This document shows, one piece after another, positions 1-13,659 of a stretch of 64,000 nucleotides of DNA (positions are counted from its first letter, which is position 1; each line of letters starts with the position of its first letter). The notes under the pieces were generated by a model. That model was not told the DNA's origin. It saw nothing but the letters and a program-made list of their open reading frames with translations, and did no database searches. Where the stretch lies: assembly GCA_965645245.1 (NCBI GenBank), contig OZ287081.1, positions 1,550,001-1,614,000 of the forward strand, in the 5' to 3' direction. The translations under genes and the position numbers were made by a program. The DNA is from Massalongia carnosa (lineage: Eukaryota).

Positions 1-2003
1 CTCCAGTACCCCCCCAAAATCCCTCTTTCCTTCCGACCGAGAAAAATAGAACCGTTACTTCCTTTCCGCCTGGACTAGCTGCGATTCTTTCCATTTTCGG
101 CTCCTGCCCAGGGGAAATGGGGGGCAGGTTTCAATAAAACTCGGCATGTAGATACTGTAAATAACCTATCTTCTCTTTATCTATTTTATCTTTCTACCCG
201 GCTAATTACTCTAAGCCCAACCCCCCCCCCCCCCCTTAAAAACCAAGTACACCCCAAACTCCGATTTGATGTTCTCTTCCCTCAAATCCATTCAAGGAAC
301 TACAACAACCCCCATTTCTTTCACTCATTCGCTCACTGCATACCTCAACACTCATCCCCCCATCCCAATATAATCCCAGAATGCCTATCTATCAATCATC
401 CAACCCAACGCTAAGGTTTTAATTTAGTTAAATTGAATCTAGCCCAGAGAGCCACTGACTAGTTTAAACCTCCTGGGAAAAGAAAAGAAAAAACGGATCA
501 ATTCGTTTAGTTGGCGTCGTTCGCAGTCGGCTGTTGTCTTGACGTCGTCGTCGTCGTCGTCGTCATCACCACTCAGAGAGTTTACGTTAAGCAGGATGAG
601 GAAACGGGAAACGCGGATCGCGAAGGCACGATTTAGTGGTAATAATAATAATAACAATAATGAACAGGGAGGAGGGGGGGTGGGTGGAGCGAGAACCTTG
701 GAAAAGGAGATAATGAAAGAGGGAACGAAAGGGGGCTGAGAGGATGATGATGAATATTTAGTTAAGTTACGCATCGAGAGAGACAGAGAAAAATAAAAAA
801 ATAGGGGGGGGGGTAGTTTTGGATATCAAAGTATAGTTTTTGCATTTCCTATCTAATTATCTGTTTGCCTACCTATGTAATCTTTCGAACGGAACGGAAC
901 GCAAATGTAACCCACCTAAACTAGTCAATACGATTTTGACTATAAGAAAAACCGCTTCTTCGTCGAGTTTGTTTAGTGTATTGATTCGTTCCCGAGCTGA
1001 GAGGAGCTTTGAACATGGGGGAATTGTTGATGATGATAACGTTGAGAGAAAGGGTTTAGCAACTGGCGAAATGGACGGAGATGAATGATTGGATAGGGGA
1101 AAGGGGGAGGGGAGAAGGATGGAGGAGGTGGGAAGGTAAGGGAAACAGAGATGAAGATGAAGAAGGAAGAGGAAAAGAGAAGGTGAAGAAACCAAAAACG
1201 TAAAAGACCCAACTCGACAAATAGCTTAGTACATATCAAGAGGAAATGACTGCCCCCGCTAATAAAAATAAAAAATTCAATTAATGGACAAAAGATGCAA
1301 TGTAAAATCTTAACCAACTTCAATAGATTTCACCGAGACCAGGGGGTTTGACGATATGGTATGATATGTAGGAAGGCCTGGATGGAAAGGATAGAATGGG
1401 GTTGGGGGTTGGTGGTGGAGGGCTATTCGGAAGAAAGGAGACAAGGAAAAACCCCGAATTGATGAATGATTGACGTGGTCACGGGAGCAAAATGTAATTC
1501 GTGGGTTAGGTAAAGAATGTTTAGTATTGGGGGTTTTTTATGTCTTTGAAGCTGCAGCTGAAGCTAGCCAATGACGAGACACCGTAGTTAGGAGTTATGA
1601 GTTTGAGTTTGATGACCTTGAGCTGCGGATAGGGGACCTAAGTCAACCTACGCTAGGTTTCCAACCACCATAGCTCTGGTTTCCTCGGTAGCCATCTAGT
1701 TCTGAAATCTTCGAAAAGGCGGTTGCCAAGATAAGAAGCTGCCCGATTGTGTAGATTCGCGAGCGGACGAGACGAGAGTTGAGATGAAAAGCGTAATGAT
1801 CATGACTAAATGTCGTGAAGAGTTTTTTTGGATATTGCAGTAGAGTCTAACGGGTGACGTATCTGGAGTATATGTACTAGCTGAAGATATCACGTCAAAA
1901 ATCAGTGAACTATCCGGTGAGTCGAGCATGGTTGGATGACACTATGGAAAACGGGAGGTCATTGGTTGCCATCGGCGTTGCTTATGGCATCCTACTAGCA
2001 TCT

Positions 2004-4442
2004 TCAATCATCATTACTGTTGATTTCACCGATATCAAAGTTATCTTGCTCATCATCCTCTTCGTCGGGTAAATCCGAGAGTTCGGACTGATCATTGGTG
2101 TCCATGTCAACGTCGCTTACCGCGGCGGGTTTCTGGTTCACAGCCTCCTTCTCTTCGGGACCGTCTAGCTCATGTTCATCCGACAGATCTGGAAGCTCGG
2201 AAATTTCATCAGTTTCCATATCTGTACCGCTTGCGGTCGTTTTCTTGCTCGCTTTCGGCTTTTCTGCCGTTTTCTTTCCCACGGCTGTTTTTCTCCCAGA
2301 TTTCTTTGCCACAGCTCTGTTTCCTGCAGCTTTCCTTCCTCCCGCTTTCTTTAATGGGACTCTCTCACGGGTAGTTTTTATCCCAAACTTATCCTTGGCT
2401 TCTTTATGATCTTCCTGCACATCGTCTTGCTCATGATCATCCGGGAGATCTGAAAGTTCAGATGAATCGTCGTCTTCCATGATTGCGTCGACGTTGTCTG
2501 GCTGGTTTCCTGCATTTTCCCTCAACACTTTCTTTCTCGTCTTCTTTATATCAGGTTTCTTCTTTACGGCATCTCTTATAGCGGACTTTTTCTGCGTAGC
2601 TTTCTTTACGGTAGCCTTCTTCCCGACATCCATTCCCCCGTTAATCTTCTTGTCCAAAGACTTTTTCTCATTAGGCTTCTTCGCAGACTCCGTTCCTAAT
2701 CCTCCCTTTCTCTTTCCGGTTCTTGTTACTAAATGATCGATGATGCACCCCTTATCCCAAACTTCACTTGTCTCCCCTGTAGCGGCCCTGCACCTTCCAC
2801 ATGACTTGCCATGCTTGATGAATAGCTGATGTAAAGAGTACTTCAGCTCATCCGGTACCCTTACTTCGACGTGGCTGAACGCAGCAATCTCGCCTTTAAC
2901 CTCAGGAGGTACCCATTTAAGCCACTTCAGCAGGCGAAAGACATGGGTATCAACGGCAAAGCTAGGCCGCCGCATGCAGAAGAGCATAACGCATGATGCC
3001 GTTTTTACACCGATGCCAGGGTACTGGACTAGAGCAACCATGGCTTCGTTTGTGTCCAGAGCATGGATGTGGTCAAGCGATAGCACATTTTGATCTGCAC
3101 GAGCAATCTCAGCGTTCTTCTCCTCAGGGGTTTCATTATCCGCTCCGTTGGGCGCCGTAGCCCCGCTAAATTCATTGGCTTTGACGAGAGCGTCTCGCCG
3201 TGCTTGGTTCTCGCTGTGCACCATTTCAAGGATGGCTTTGATATCTTTGCTTTTGTTGTCCGCAAGACCACCGCTTTTGATCGCTTCAAATACATCCCTA
3301 ACATCTGCACACCGAACAGCATCCCAATCCACGCTACCTTTCCCGATACCTTCCTTTAAGATCCCAAACCTATCTACAAGGCCTTGAAATGCGCGGGAAG
3401 AATTTGTGCCGGTTGTGGCAGCGCTGAGCCGAGTTCGAATCATTGCATCAAGGATTGATGGCACTTCACCACAGCCAGAGACTGTCAATGAAGGTTTTGG
3501 AATAGTAGCTGGTGCAGCTTGTACCCCATGCACTTTGGAGAGTAGGTTGTTGACCTCATGGCACTCTTCAATCGTAGGATGCGGCCAATTTGGGAAGGGC
3601 GATATGCCTGGAGTTAGACCATATGGATTGGCCTTACGCTTGCCTTTTTTCGCTGGCGCATCTTTTGATGTTTCTATCTTAGTGGCTTTTTCAACGGTTT
3701 CCTCAATCTCTTTCATGATACCCTCTGAGGTTGCTTTTCTTGTTTTTCGCTTCTTTGATGGTGGCTTGTCGACCTCAGGATCTTGGCCTGCCGTTGTAGC
3801 GGTAACAACAGGCGCCGTTCCAAGATTATGAGGAAGCTCATTAAGATCTTCTTTAAGCTTGGACGCGGTCTTCCTTGTGTTGCGCTTCTTCGGTTGTGAC
3901 TCGCCTATTTCAAAATCTTGGCCTTCACTGACAGGCGTATTGGTGGCAACAGATGCCTTTCTAAGAATATTGGAAAGCTCATTGGAATCTTCTATATCTT
4001 TAAATGTAATTTTTATTGCACTAGGCTTTTCAAATTTTGGCGCATCTACCTCAAGAACTTGGCTCTCACTGGCTGCTGGTTCCTCTGAAACGAGGACTTT
4101 CCCGAGGTTGTGGGGCAGTGCGTTGGGATCTTCTTCGATTTTCGGAGCAGCTGCAGCTCTCTTGCGCTTCTTACCTGTATTCGCAGAGGTAACAACCACG
4201 TTGGGTTCAGCATTGACTTCAGTAGCCGCTTTTTTACTAGGGGAACGCCTTTTGATGGGGGAAGCTTTTTTCACAGCTGGCGCTTTTTTGCCAGAAGCAG
4301 CTTTCTTCATAGAAGCACTCGTCTCGTTCACCGTTTGCGTCTCGGGTGGATTGGACAATGGTTGCAGTAAGCTTTCTTTTTCTGGGGCATTTGGAATGGC
4401 CGCCTGCCTCGCAGCAGTGCCGCGAGTCACACAAGCAGACAT
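2004..4442 (-). CDS. HhH-GPD (endonuclease III superfamily) DNA glycosylase with Lys-rich N- and C-terminal extensions and acidic tail
   Basis: HhH motif LVQYPGIGVKTASCVMLF, catalytic FAVDTHVFR, Cys cluster HGKSCGRC...C. First ATG in the 866-aa ORF is at 4442 (MSACVTRG). Confidence 0.88.
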   Translation of the reverse strand: MSACVTRGTAARQAAIPNAPEKESLLQPLSNPPETQTVNETSASMKKAASGKKAPAVKKASPIKRRSPSKKAATEVNAEPNVVVTSANTGKKRKRAAAAPKIEEDPNALPHNLGKVLVSEEPAASESQVLEVDAPKFEKPSAIKITFKDIEDSNELSNILRKASVATNTPVSEGQDFEIGESQPKKRNTRKTASKLKEDLNELPHNLGTAPVVTATTAGQDPEVDKPPSKKRKTRKATSEGIMKEIEETVEKATKIETSKDAPAKKGKRKANPYGLTPGISPFPNWPHPTIEECHEVNNLLSKVHGVQAAPATIPKPSLTVSGCGEVPSILDAMIRTRLSAATTGTNSSRAFQGLVDRFGILKEGIGKGSVDWDAVRCADVRDVFEAIKSGGLADNKSKDIKAILEMVHSENQARRDALVKANEFSGATAPNGADNETPEEKNAEIARADQNVLSLDHIHALDTNEAMVALVQYPGIGVKTASCVMLFCMRRPSFAVDTHVFRLLKWLKWVPPEVKGEIAAFSHVEVRVPDELKYSLHQLFIKHGKSCGRCRAATGETSEVWDKGCIIDHLVTRTGKRKGGLGTESAKKPNEKKSLDKKINGGMDVGKKATVKKATQKKSAIRDAVKKKPDIKKTRKKVLRENAGNQPDNVDAIMEDDDSSELSDLPDDHEQDDVQEDHKEAKDKFGIKTTRERVPLKKAGGRKAAGNRAVAKKSGRKTAVGKKTAEKPKASKKTTASGTDMETDEISELPDLSDEHELDGPEEKEAVNQKPAAVSDVDMDTNDQSELSDLPDEEDDEQDNFDIGEINSNDD

Positions 4443-5357
4443 AGTAAACCTGCAAAAGGTTGATTGCAGAATAAATGTGAGAGGCACGGTGCTAAAAGTA
4501 AGGTGAGAGAAAGGGGAAGTCTTTTGGCATCGGGTATACTGGCTCCTACGCCCTAAGGACCGGGAAGTCCAGGACCGTTTTAGATGCGAAAAAAGGGATG
4601 ACAATGCGCTGGTAGACGTCTTAGGTATGAAGAGTGAGATGAGTTACTAAAGCTATAAGATGGCTTATCTAAAGGATGGGAAGTCTCAGAAAGTGAGGGT
4701 GCGTGAATCACTGAATGAGGAAATGTAGAGAATAGAATTGACGAGCTGTAACTTGAACCTCCGATGGCCCTTAAGCGAAATGACGTACTTCGCAGTGACC
4801 TCGAAGCTCTATGGAGAACTCCCACCGAGATCTATGGTATCCAGCGATTTGGTTGTGAACTAGCTACGAGTATCTGTAACTAGTACGAAGTGCAATGTCC
4901 AATCATAAGAACTACTCTAAGCCTTCAAACCAGCCTCTAAGCCAGCCTTTAAGCCACATCGGATAAGTTATAGTCAGTGCAGATCTTTGCATGCAGAGTA
5001 CGGACACGACGGAGTACTAACAAATGCTTTAGGGGTTAATGAATCCATATACAGAGTACTGAGCTTCATGATCCATGACAGTGTTGTGCATTCATAGACC
5101 ATGTTAGATTACAACCATATACACGGACATAGGCCTGCCCGACTATCCATTTAAATGAAAACTTCTGCATGAAGCCGTACGATCGTGAGATGCACCATGG
5201 AGGGAGAGAGTCAGGGACAAGAGACTGATAAATCCCTAGACTCAAGCGTTTGCCCACCCGGGCGCAACCCGTCAATTTTATCCACTACAAATACAACTAG
5301 GTTGACATAGGATGGCAAAGGCGTTGGTGGAGAGCTTTCCAATCTATTCGGTACGTC

Positions 5358-7318
5358 TTAACCAGTGTAGTCGCCAAAATTGTGCAAACTGATGTCCATT
5401 CGCTCTCGTGGGGATGGTGTATCCTCTTCTCCTTCCCTCTTTCGCTTACCGTCCACCTGTCGCCAAGCGTCGTTCCCGGTCTTGGGGGAGCTCGTGCGGG
5501 AGTCCCGCGTTGATGCGAGTACAACTTCCCCTTTGCCGTTGACCTTGGCATCCTTGGTCGCAAGATCGAATTCCGCTTGCCCCGCAGAGCCATTGGCCAC
5601 CGCCTCTCGAGCACTTTCCACCATTTTCATTTTCCTTGTCTCCCTTCGGATCTTTTCCAGATGCTCGAAATATCCAGCGTGCACCGGTGTTACGTAGACT
5701 CCGCTGAAAACGCCGACTTCGAACTGTTGGTTCTCTCGAGCAGCCATGCCGGGGCTGACGGCCTCGGCGCATGCACTTTCAAGATCCTCTAGGCTTTGGA
5801 ATATCACTTTGTCGGCTCCGATATGCTTGGCAATAATGTCGGCTTTGCGTTCGTGAGCGATGAGCTCGGAAGGCGATGCGAGATCAATGCCATAGATATG
5901 AGCATGCCTACGCAGCGAGATCAGTCATCCGAAGAAACTCCTATGCGCTGAGGGCTTACGTGATGGGAGGAGCGCAGCTTGCAAAGTAGACTTTCCATGC
6001 ACCAGCTTCCCGGGCCATATTCACAATCTCGCGACTGGTCGTTCCGCGTACAATACTGTCATCCACAAGCAAAACATTTTTGCCAGCAAACTTCTCTTCC
6101 ATTGCATTTAGCTTCCTTCGGACGCCCTTCTCCCTCGCCTTTTGACCTGGCATGATAAATGTTCGAAACACGTATCGGTTCTTCACGAAGCCTTGACTGA
6201 ACGGTTTCTTAAGCCGGGCAGCGACGCATGGAGCAGAAGTGTTGGAAGTCTCCGGAATCGGAATAACCACGTTAATCTCCTTTAGTTCTTGTGGGGTTAA
6301 TGACTTAGCTATGGTCGCAGCAAGTTTGTAGCCCATGTTCTCCCTGCTCTGGCTGACGCTAATGCCATCAATGATGGAGTCGGGTCGGGCAAAGTATACA
6401 TATTCAAAGATATCGGGGGCATAACGCTTCTGTTCCTGGACCTGGGAGAAAACAGGACGTGACCCTTTCTGAATGATGACGGCTTGCCCAGGGAGTATGT
6501 CGATAATGTCCCTTTGTTTGTAGCCCAGTTGTTTCAGAGCGACGGACTCTGACGCCATCATATAATCCATACCGGGGCCATTATCGGAAGGACGAGACCC
6601 TAATACCAAGGGGCGAATACCGTATGAATCCCGAAATCCTATTATGCCGAAACCTGACTAGAATTTCAGCAGGCGTCTTGATTAGATCCAAGTAAGATAA
6701 TCCGACCTGCCAGCATAGCCGTACAAGCCCATCCTCCTACGCATCTCTCATACATTCTTGAAAGCGCTGCAAATATATCCCTGTCATTGACTCGAGCTTT
6801 GCCTGTTTCATTCAACTCGTTGGCGAAGATGTTAAGCATACATTCACTGTCGCTTTCTGTATTTATATGACGATGCGCCTCGTAGTCAAGAAAACGCTTG
6901 AGCTCGGGTGCATTGATGAGGTTACCGTTGTGGGCAACTAGCTTCCTTGTTAACCCTATACATACAAGGAAACCCCTTACGTTGCAAAGAGTCGGGTAGA
7001 CGAACAGGAAATTCCATAGGGTGAGTTTACGTAGAATGGCTGAGCTTCAGCATTTGCGCTACTCCCCGCGGTGGGATATCTCAGATGTCCAATACCCATA
7101 TAACCTGGAAGATCTGCCACCGCTGCCCCATCGTCTCGGAACACCTTTGATGCTAAACCATTGCCCTTGCATTGATATATTTTGCCCCCGGAAGCGCATG
7201 TAGCGATCCCTGAAGCGTCTTGTCCACGATGTTGTAGCAAGTAGAGCGCTTCATGAAGTTCACTAGCGGCAGAGGTTTCAGACGCGTTGGCGTGGATGAG
7301 GGCTAATATACCACACAT
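5358..7318 (-). CDS. ADE4: Amidophosphoribosyltransferase (multi-exon)
   Basis: N-terminal MCGI (Ntn Cys), [21 protein letters not shown] across an intron, [15 protein letters not shown]-binding [14 protein letters not shown]. Confidence 0.96.
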
Positions 7319-8895
7319 AATAAGGTTCTCTAATTTGGTTCTCTGTTCAACAGTATCAGCGTCCCATGTGATGTGTGTGTAACTCCTTGTGGAAAAATGC
7401 TGCAACATTGGGATACTCAGAACGTATATGTTTCAGCAGATCAAATCTCAGAAGTCTAACATCTTGAAATATAACATATTCATCTTGATAACACGAAGTT
7501 ATGACGAAAGAGTTCATAGCCTGACCTAGATATTTTTTTACTGGGAGATTTCGCAAAAAGAAAATTTGTAGAGCAGATTTGTGGGGCGTCCTAAATTCAC
7601 AAACTCTTGCCTAGCGTATTTGATGTTGCGAACCGATGGCGGACCTCAAACGGATCCTTCAATAAATGAGATAGCCATAATAGCCGACTCAGTAGATAGA
7701 CTGTGGAAGTCCCATGAGCCTGCAAACTGGCGGTGAACGTCATAATTGAAAGGTGTAAATATTTTCATTCCCATTGAAGTGAGTACCCGGCAAAGGTCCC
7801 GCGCAAGACTAGAAGACATTGCCAAGGCGCTACTTAGATGAACCGGAAAAACCGATAATGGAACGGAAGAACAATCGGAACTGAAGTGTTAGCGGCAGTT
7901 TACAAATTCACAAGATGTGCTCTCGGAGAAAATAGTTATAGATTGCCTCGTTGCTGCACACAATGTGGATGACAGCTTTCTGGACTCAAAGATGATGCTC
8001 CCAGCCTCCCGTTATTTGGGGGGATTTAACTGATGCCTTGAAGAAGCTTGCATTGCCTTTGTCGGAGGATGATACATGATGAATATCCTTGTGCTATCTT
8101 CTATCGTCTACTTTCTTTTTCTAGTTCTTTTGGCTAACAGAAGAAAATGTTGTTGAGAGGTGGAGAAGTGAAATTGTTGATCAACGGAGTAATTGTTTAT
8201 CTGTAAGAATGCTCTATAGTAAGACATTTGAGCATTTGCGCATTGTGGCAGGCCGTGATCTGCGAATTCGCTCTTGGTGTCGGTCAGCCTAAAAACTATT
8301 TGACCAGGTATACATATTTACAGACCAATTCTCTCATGCAACGTCTCAATCCGCGTTTTCATATCTTGTTCGGATTTTTGGAGTTTGAAGCATCGTTGTA
8401 ATTCTTTATTACTATAGCAAGTCCTTATTGAAGAACAATGAGCGGCATCTAGGCTTTCTGTGAAACATAACGCCGCTTCTAACACTGTTGACAACGGCTA
8501 CAGGAGAACAGGCATGCCTTGGACATGACGATTTACCTCTCTATAGACGTCGCAGTTTAGGCTCGAAGAATCAAACCGATGAAGGATAAAGAAAAGTGAA
8601 GGTAAACAAATTCTTCCCGGAGTTCAGTGTGTTCAAATACGTCTTAAAAGTTCGTGTTCCCACATTTAATCAACTTCCGTTTCTGTTTTGAGTACCAAGA
8701 AATCTAGGCTCAGCATTACAAGAAGCTATTAAATTACGGTTGTATAAACAGTATCTTGGGTGGTTCTCAGTGTCAGTCCGTTTAAGATCACCTTTCACAG
8801 ATTACACTAGATAACTCTTGCCCTGTTGGCAGCAATCTATTCAGGTCTACCAAGTTCAGCTAATATATCATATCCGAAACATTCTGCATCATATA

Positions 8896-11800
8896 ATGGA
8901 CTTAGGCAGTTGCAAAGAGAAGGCTGTGGTGATCATTGATGATGACGACCTAGCGCCTCCTAGCAAGCAAGGTAAGCCTTTAATATACAAATTCCTCACA
9001 TATGCCGTGCTCGTCTTCTACCGAAAGTTTGCCTTCACTTTGTTCGACTATCGACGCTTGCAGCTTCCACGATAACGCCATTGTAGATACCCAGGTTATG
9101 AAAATGCAGATGAAACCAAAAACCTGAAAACTTCACAAGTTAACCTTTTCACTGCAGGGAGACGGCCTCTTCGAAGATCAGCTCAACTTTCTTTTAGCTG
9201 CCTAGCCAAGTCCAAAGCCTCCTCTATCCAAGCTACACACAGACAACCCAGCCGCTCATCAATTGTGCAAGCGGTTCCAAGAGCATCAATTTCGACGCTA
9301 TCGTTGAACCAGCCAGGATCTCTGGCTGGCTCTCACTTACAATATACAGCTGAGTCACCGTCTCGCTCTAAGAAAAATATATACTCAAAACGGCACAAAA
9401 GCAGGCACTTGGATTCTAGCACGAATGCAAAAAAAGGACAGAATGGTCTAAACTCCAGTTCTACGATTTCAGCACATCCACCGCAATCCAGCTCGAGCAA
9501 CTCATCCGCACATGAAGTTACGGCTCCACCAAACCTTTCGCGTTTTAATCCTAAGAAACAGTGTATACCCATATGTCTTTCCGAAGATGTTGTTGATAAA
9601 TCTTTTTACTGCCAGAATTACACGAGCGACCAAGATTTTCAACATCAGCCTATGCTAGAACCACACGATGAAAGCTCAAAATCCGCAGTAAGAGCTTATC
9701 CCTTGGGAAGAAAGACGAATCGATTAGAACCCATGAGAAATCTAAACATCTCATCGCCGTTGGTAGGCTTAGACCACTTTACTGTTAAGGGTATCAGAAT
9801 CAATAGACAGACAAACCTAGAGCTTCTGAACGGCAATTTCATAAGGGTTATTAATATCATCCAAGACTCGGCAACTTCAGAGGTGAAACTTCAAGGCTGG
9901 GTCTTTCACCGTACCGATGTAATGGACCATATGTTTGAACTTCAAAGGAACGAAATTTGCTGGATCCTACACATTGACGAAAATGATATCCTTATACCTA
10001 AAGTACAAGGCATGGAATTAGTAGCGGTCTCGGAAGTCCTCAGGAGAAGACATATTCGAATGACAAATCGACCATTTCCAGAGTTGAGTTGTTTACAAGA
10101 CCCTTTGCAAAAACCCCAAACAATGATCGACCAGGGTGTCCTCATTTGTAGGTATAAGTATGTATGTTCATACCAAGATGCTAAGGCATTCAAACGGAAT
10201 GCCTGGTGTGAGAGATCATTACAGCGATTGCAAGCAGAGGAGTGTGATCTTTTATTCAGCTCGCCGGATGACCAGCTTCGTCAAATCTGGAGAGGAGACA
10301 CAGTCAAGGGTGGGGCCTGTAGAAACTCTCAGGCAGGTGAGAAAAAATACTTGCAGCAAGGAACTGTGGGTTCCAGCACCATCCAAAGTCCTCAGCACGA
10401 GAAAAAACCTAGCGAGAACTTCCAGTTATCTCATGCTCATAAGCATCAGCAGAGTTCCAAGAGGCATGGAAGCGCACCATTCGTAATATTCGAGTCAGGA
10501 GCAGGATCTAATAATGACGTACAAGAAGTAGACGTCCAGTCGTTCTTAGGTCGACCTTTAGGGACGAGCCAAACTCAAGCATCAGCTCAGAATCTTGGTT
10601 ATATTCCCGCCCCCGGTGCCAACCGACAGTTGTCAAATTATTCTAATATGCTAGCTTTTCAGCCAAAAAAGCGTAAATCCGGATTTGAACCAAATACAGG
10701 TATTCTTGTTACGAAGGATTCGCCAGGAGCGAAGAGGCAAAAACACTGCTCAGGATCAAGCAACATGATGAAGACGGCTCCTGTTGACCTAACCGATGAT
10801 GAGCTAAACCTGCGGTCACAGTTATCCTCCATGCTCAAAGAATCTAGATTAGCTCATTCTCAAAAGTTCGGTCCATTCCATCAACGTTCAGCGCGTCACA
10901 TTTCACCGGAAGTGGTTAAGGTTCGTGCCCAGATAGATAGTTTTTCCAGCCTAGGCATTATTCGAAGGGAGTACGAGGGCCTAATAACCTCCACTTATCT
11001 TGCGACACCCAATAGCGAAGCACAGCGAGATTCACCATTCATAGCTTTACCCCAGCAAGACTCTTTGAGACAAGGGTCGGTCATTGAGTTATCGCCAGAC
11101 TATCCAACTACCAAAGGTCGCTGCCAACAGTCTCCAGAGCATGAGATAACCTCCATGTGCTCGCAGTCTGTAATCGTAATAGGAGAACCTGCAAGGGTCT
11201 CTAAAGTAGATCGGGCTGCGATTCGGCGACGCCTTGATACATCATATTCTGAGGATATACGCCGTGGGGCACAGTGTTTACCTTTTAAGTATGTCGAGCC
11301 AAGATCCAATGTTCGGAGGCTCATATCAGACGCACACACACGGGAATGTGCTGAAGTGTTGTCCAGCGATATGAGCATGCGTCCATACGACATTTCCTCA
11401 GTACCTAATCGTAAACTATCTGCGAAGCCAGTTGCTTCAGCTGCTAAATATCATCTACTGTCCAGGCCTACATGTCAAAATCAGCGCAGCTTGCCCGTAC
11501 CCGCATCAAATCAACAGCAGTATACCTTCGGAGACTGTTTTTGCGGTGCCGGTGGAACATCACGAGGGGCTGTTGCGGCTGGTCTGCGCGTAGACTGGGG
11601 GTTTGATTACAATGTTGCAGCATGCGAATCTTATGCATTGAACTTCACCCAGGCGAATACCTACAATATCTCAGCCGATCGCTTCTCAAGCCTAGTAAAT
11701 GAAGACCACAAGGTGGACATCTGCCATCTGTCGCCTCCTTGCCAATTTTTCTCCCCCGCGCACACGGTTGAAGGCAAAGATGATGATAAGAATACCGCAT

Positions 11801-12473
11801 CTCTCTTTGCAATTTCACCACTTCTTGAAAAAAGCAAGCCTAGAGTCGCTACTCTAGAGCAGACAGCCGGTCTAATGCAGCGTCACCATATGTATTTCAG
11901 TGCTGCGATACGGATGTTCACAAGCTTAGGATTTAGTATTCGTTGGAGAGTGGTCAAGTGCCCAGATTATGGTGTGCCCCAGAGTAGAAACCGCCTGGTC
12001 TTGATTGCATCATGGTAAGCTTAGTAAAAGCTTACATTTATTATCAGCTACAAACTAACAAATCTCCAAGCCCAGGCGAAGCTCTCCCGGCCTTCCCAAA
12101 ACCTACTCACGCCAAAGATCCATCTTCACATCATGACTTCAAGTCTTGGGTAACTATCAATCAAGCTATAGCTAATATTCCCTCCGGCTGGCCAGGTCAC
12201 GACGTCGACTCCGCCCGCAGGATCGACGGCCCACCTGGACACGGTGATAGATTGTCAAGATGCATCACCACTTCAGGGGGGGGAAATATCCACCCTAGTG
12301 GCAAGCGCGCATACACTTTACGCGAACTTGCATGTCTACAGTCTTTTCCCTTAGAGCATGAATTCGGGCTCAAAGGAGTCAAAAGCCAGATTGGAAATGC
12401 GGTGCCCCCTGTTCTGGCGAGGCTAATATTGGACGAGGTGAGAAAATCCCTGATAAAGGCAGATGGACTTTGA
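8896..12473 (+). CDS. rid: RID/Masc1/DmtA-type C5 cytosine methyltransferase (RIP-defective homologue)
   Basis: Motif I TFGDCFCGAGG, IV HLSPPCQFFS, VI LEQT (EQT in place of ENV is typical of the RID/Masc1 family), VIII PQSRNR, IX RELACLQSFP, X IGNAVPP. Intron 12015-12070 joins LIASC-PGE. Probable first exon 8896-8971 with intron 8972-9094. Confidence 0.9.
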
Positions 12474-13659
12474 TGAGGGGAAAGGGTTGAGAAAGCTGGG
12501 TTCCAGAAGGGAACAGGTGTGCTGCGGCGCTCTCGACTTGTTACAGTATGCATAAAGGCGTCCTGGTCTCGTGCTCGCAAAAATTGCGTTCGACCTTTTC
12601 CCTGAAGTGGCAGACCTTCAGACACGGACTCCTGGCGGAGGCGCCAACGAGTAACCCCTTTTTTTGTTCTTTGGTCTCTGATTAACTGTTCATCAACAGC
12701 CTTTACTTCCCACTTTCTAAATATGAGTATACTGCCCATCGTGCACAGCACATGAATCAAACTATTTTGGGGCCAGCATTGGGTTCTAGGTGGAGGATGT
12801 GAAGCCCACAGATTTGACTATAGAGTTTTGTTTGGTAGGCTTGCGGGATTTTCATGGTTGTGCTGCGACTTGAAGGAATAATGTGCAAGCAATAGGGCCG
12901 ATAATATCGCGTTTAATCACTTCAAAAATCTTGCCTTGATACTTCATAGATATCAATCTCGAGGCATCCTTCTTAAAATAGGAGTAAAAATGAAGTACTG
13001 ATAAGTGAATAATCAAAGCGGCTGAAAGATACATTCTATAATACCAGCTGTTGCTTACAGAAAAATGTACCTATGGGCGGGGTAGTTTGGGTTCAACCCC
13101 TCTCTTTCTAATCCCTTTCTCTTTTCTGCTCTATTTATACGTTCTTTTCTCCTTCACTCATTTTTCTTCCCTCGATATGATATACTCTTAGGAAAAGCAA
13201 AAAAGAACCATAGACGGAAATTTTCATCTCCCAATTCGATTAGGCACCAAGCGTGTCAGATTCATATGTCATCTCTACAAGTTGTATGATGACTTCGGCG
13301 ATGCTAGCATGGAGAGTGATGCCTATATATTATGAGCGAGTTACTATGTCATGCCGGTTAGGCTGACAGATGAACCTACTTTGAGCTTTGAGATAGGAGA
13401 TGCTTATATGTACTCGGGAGGGACCACTACAAGGCCAACGCAGAATCACTATGGATCAACCGACTAGCTCGTTAATTGCTAAATTCCTAGAAACGCCATT
13501 CAGTCGGGGTATTCGCGTCAAATAACAGCTATCCGTCTACGCGGAATAGCAGGTATGGAGGCCGAGCACTCTACCGAACTCCGAACTCAGAAGTTATTGA
13601 GGTTCTATTGAGTATCTATTGTTCGAGCTAGTTCCTCTCCATGATCTCGTGTTGCTAAC

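Noticed and set aside
439..1323. Several ORFs with poly-D, poly-L, poly-N and poly-S runs
   Set aside because: They arise from low-complexity microsatellite and purine-rich DNA and show no domain or splice support.
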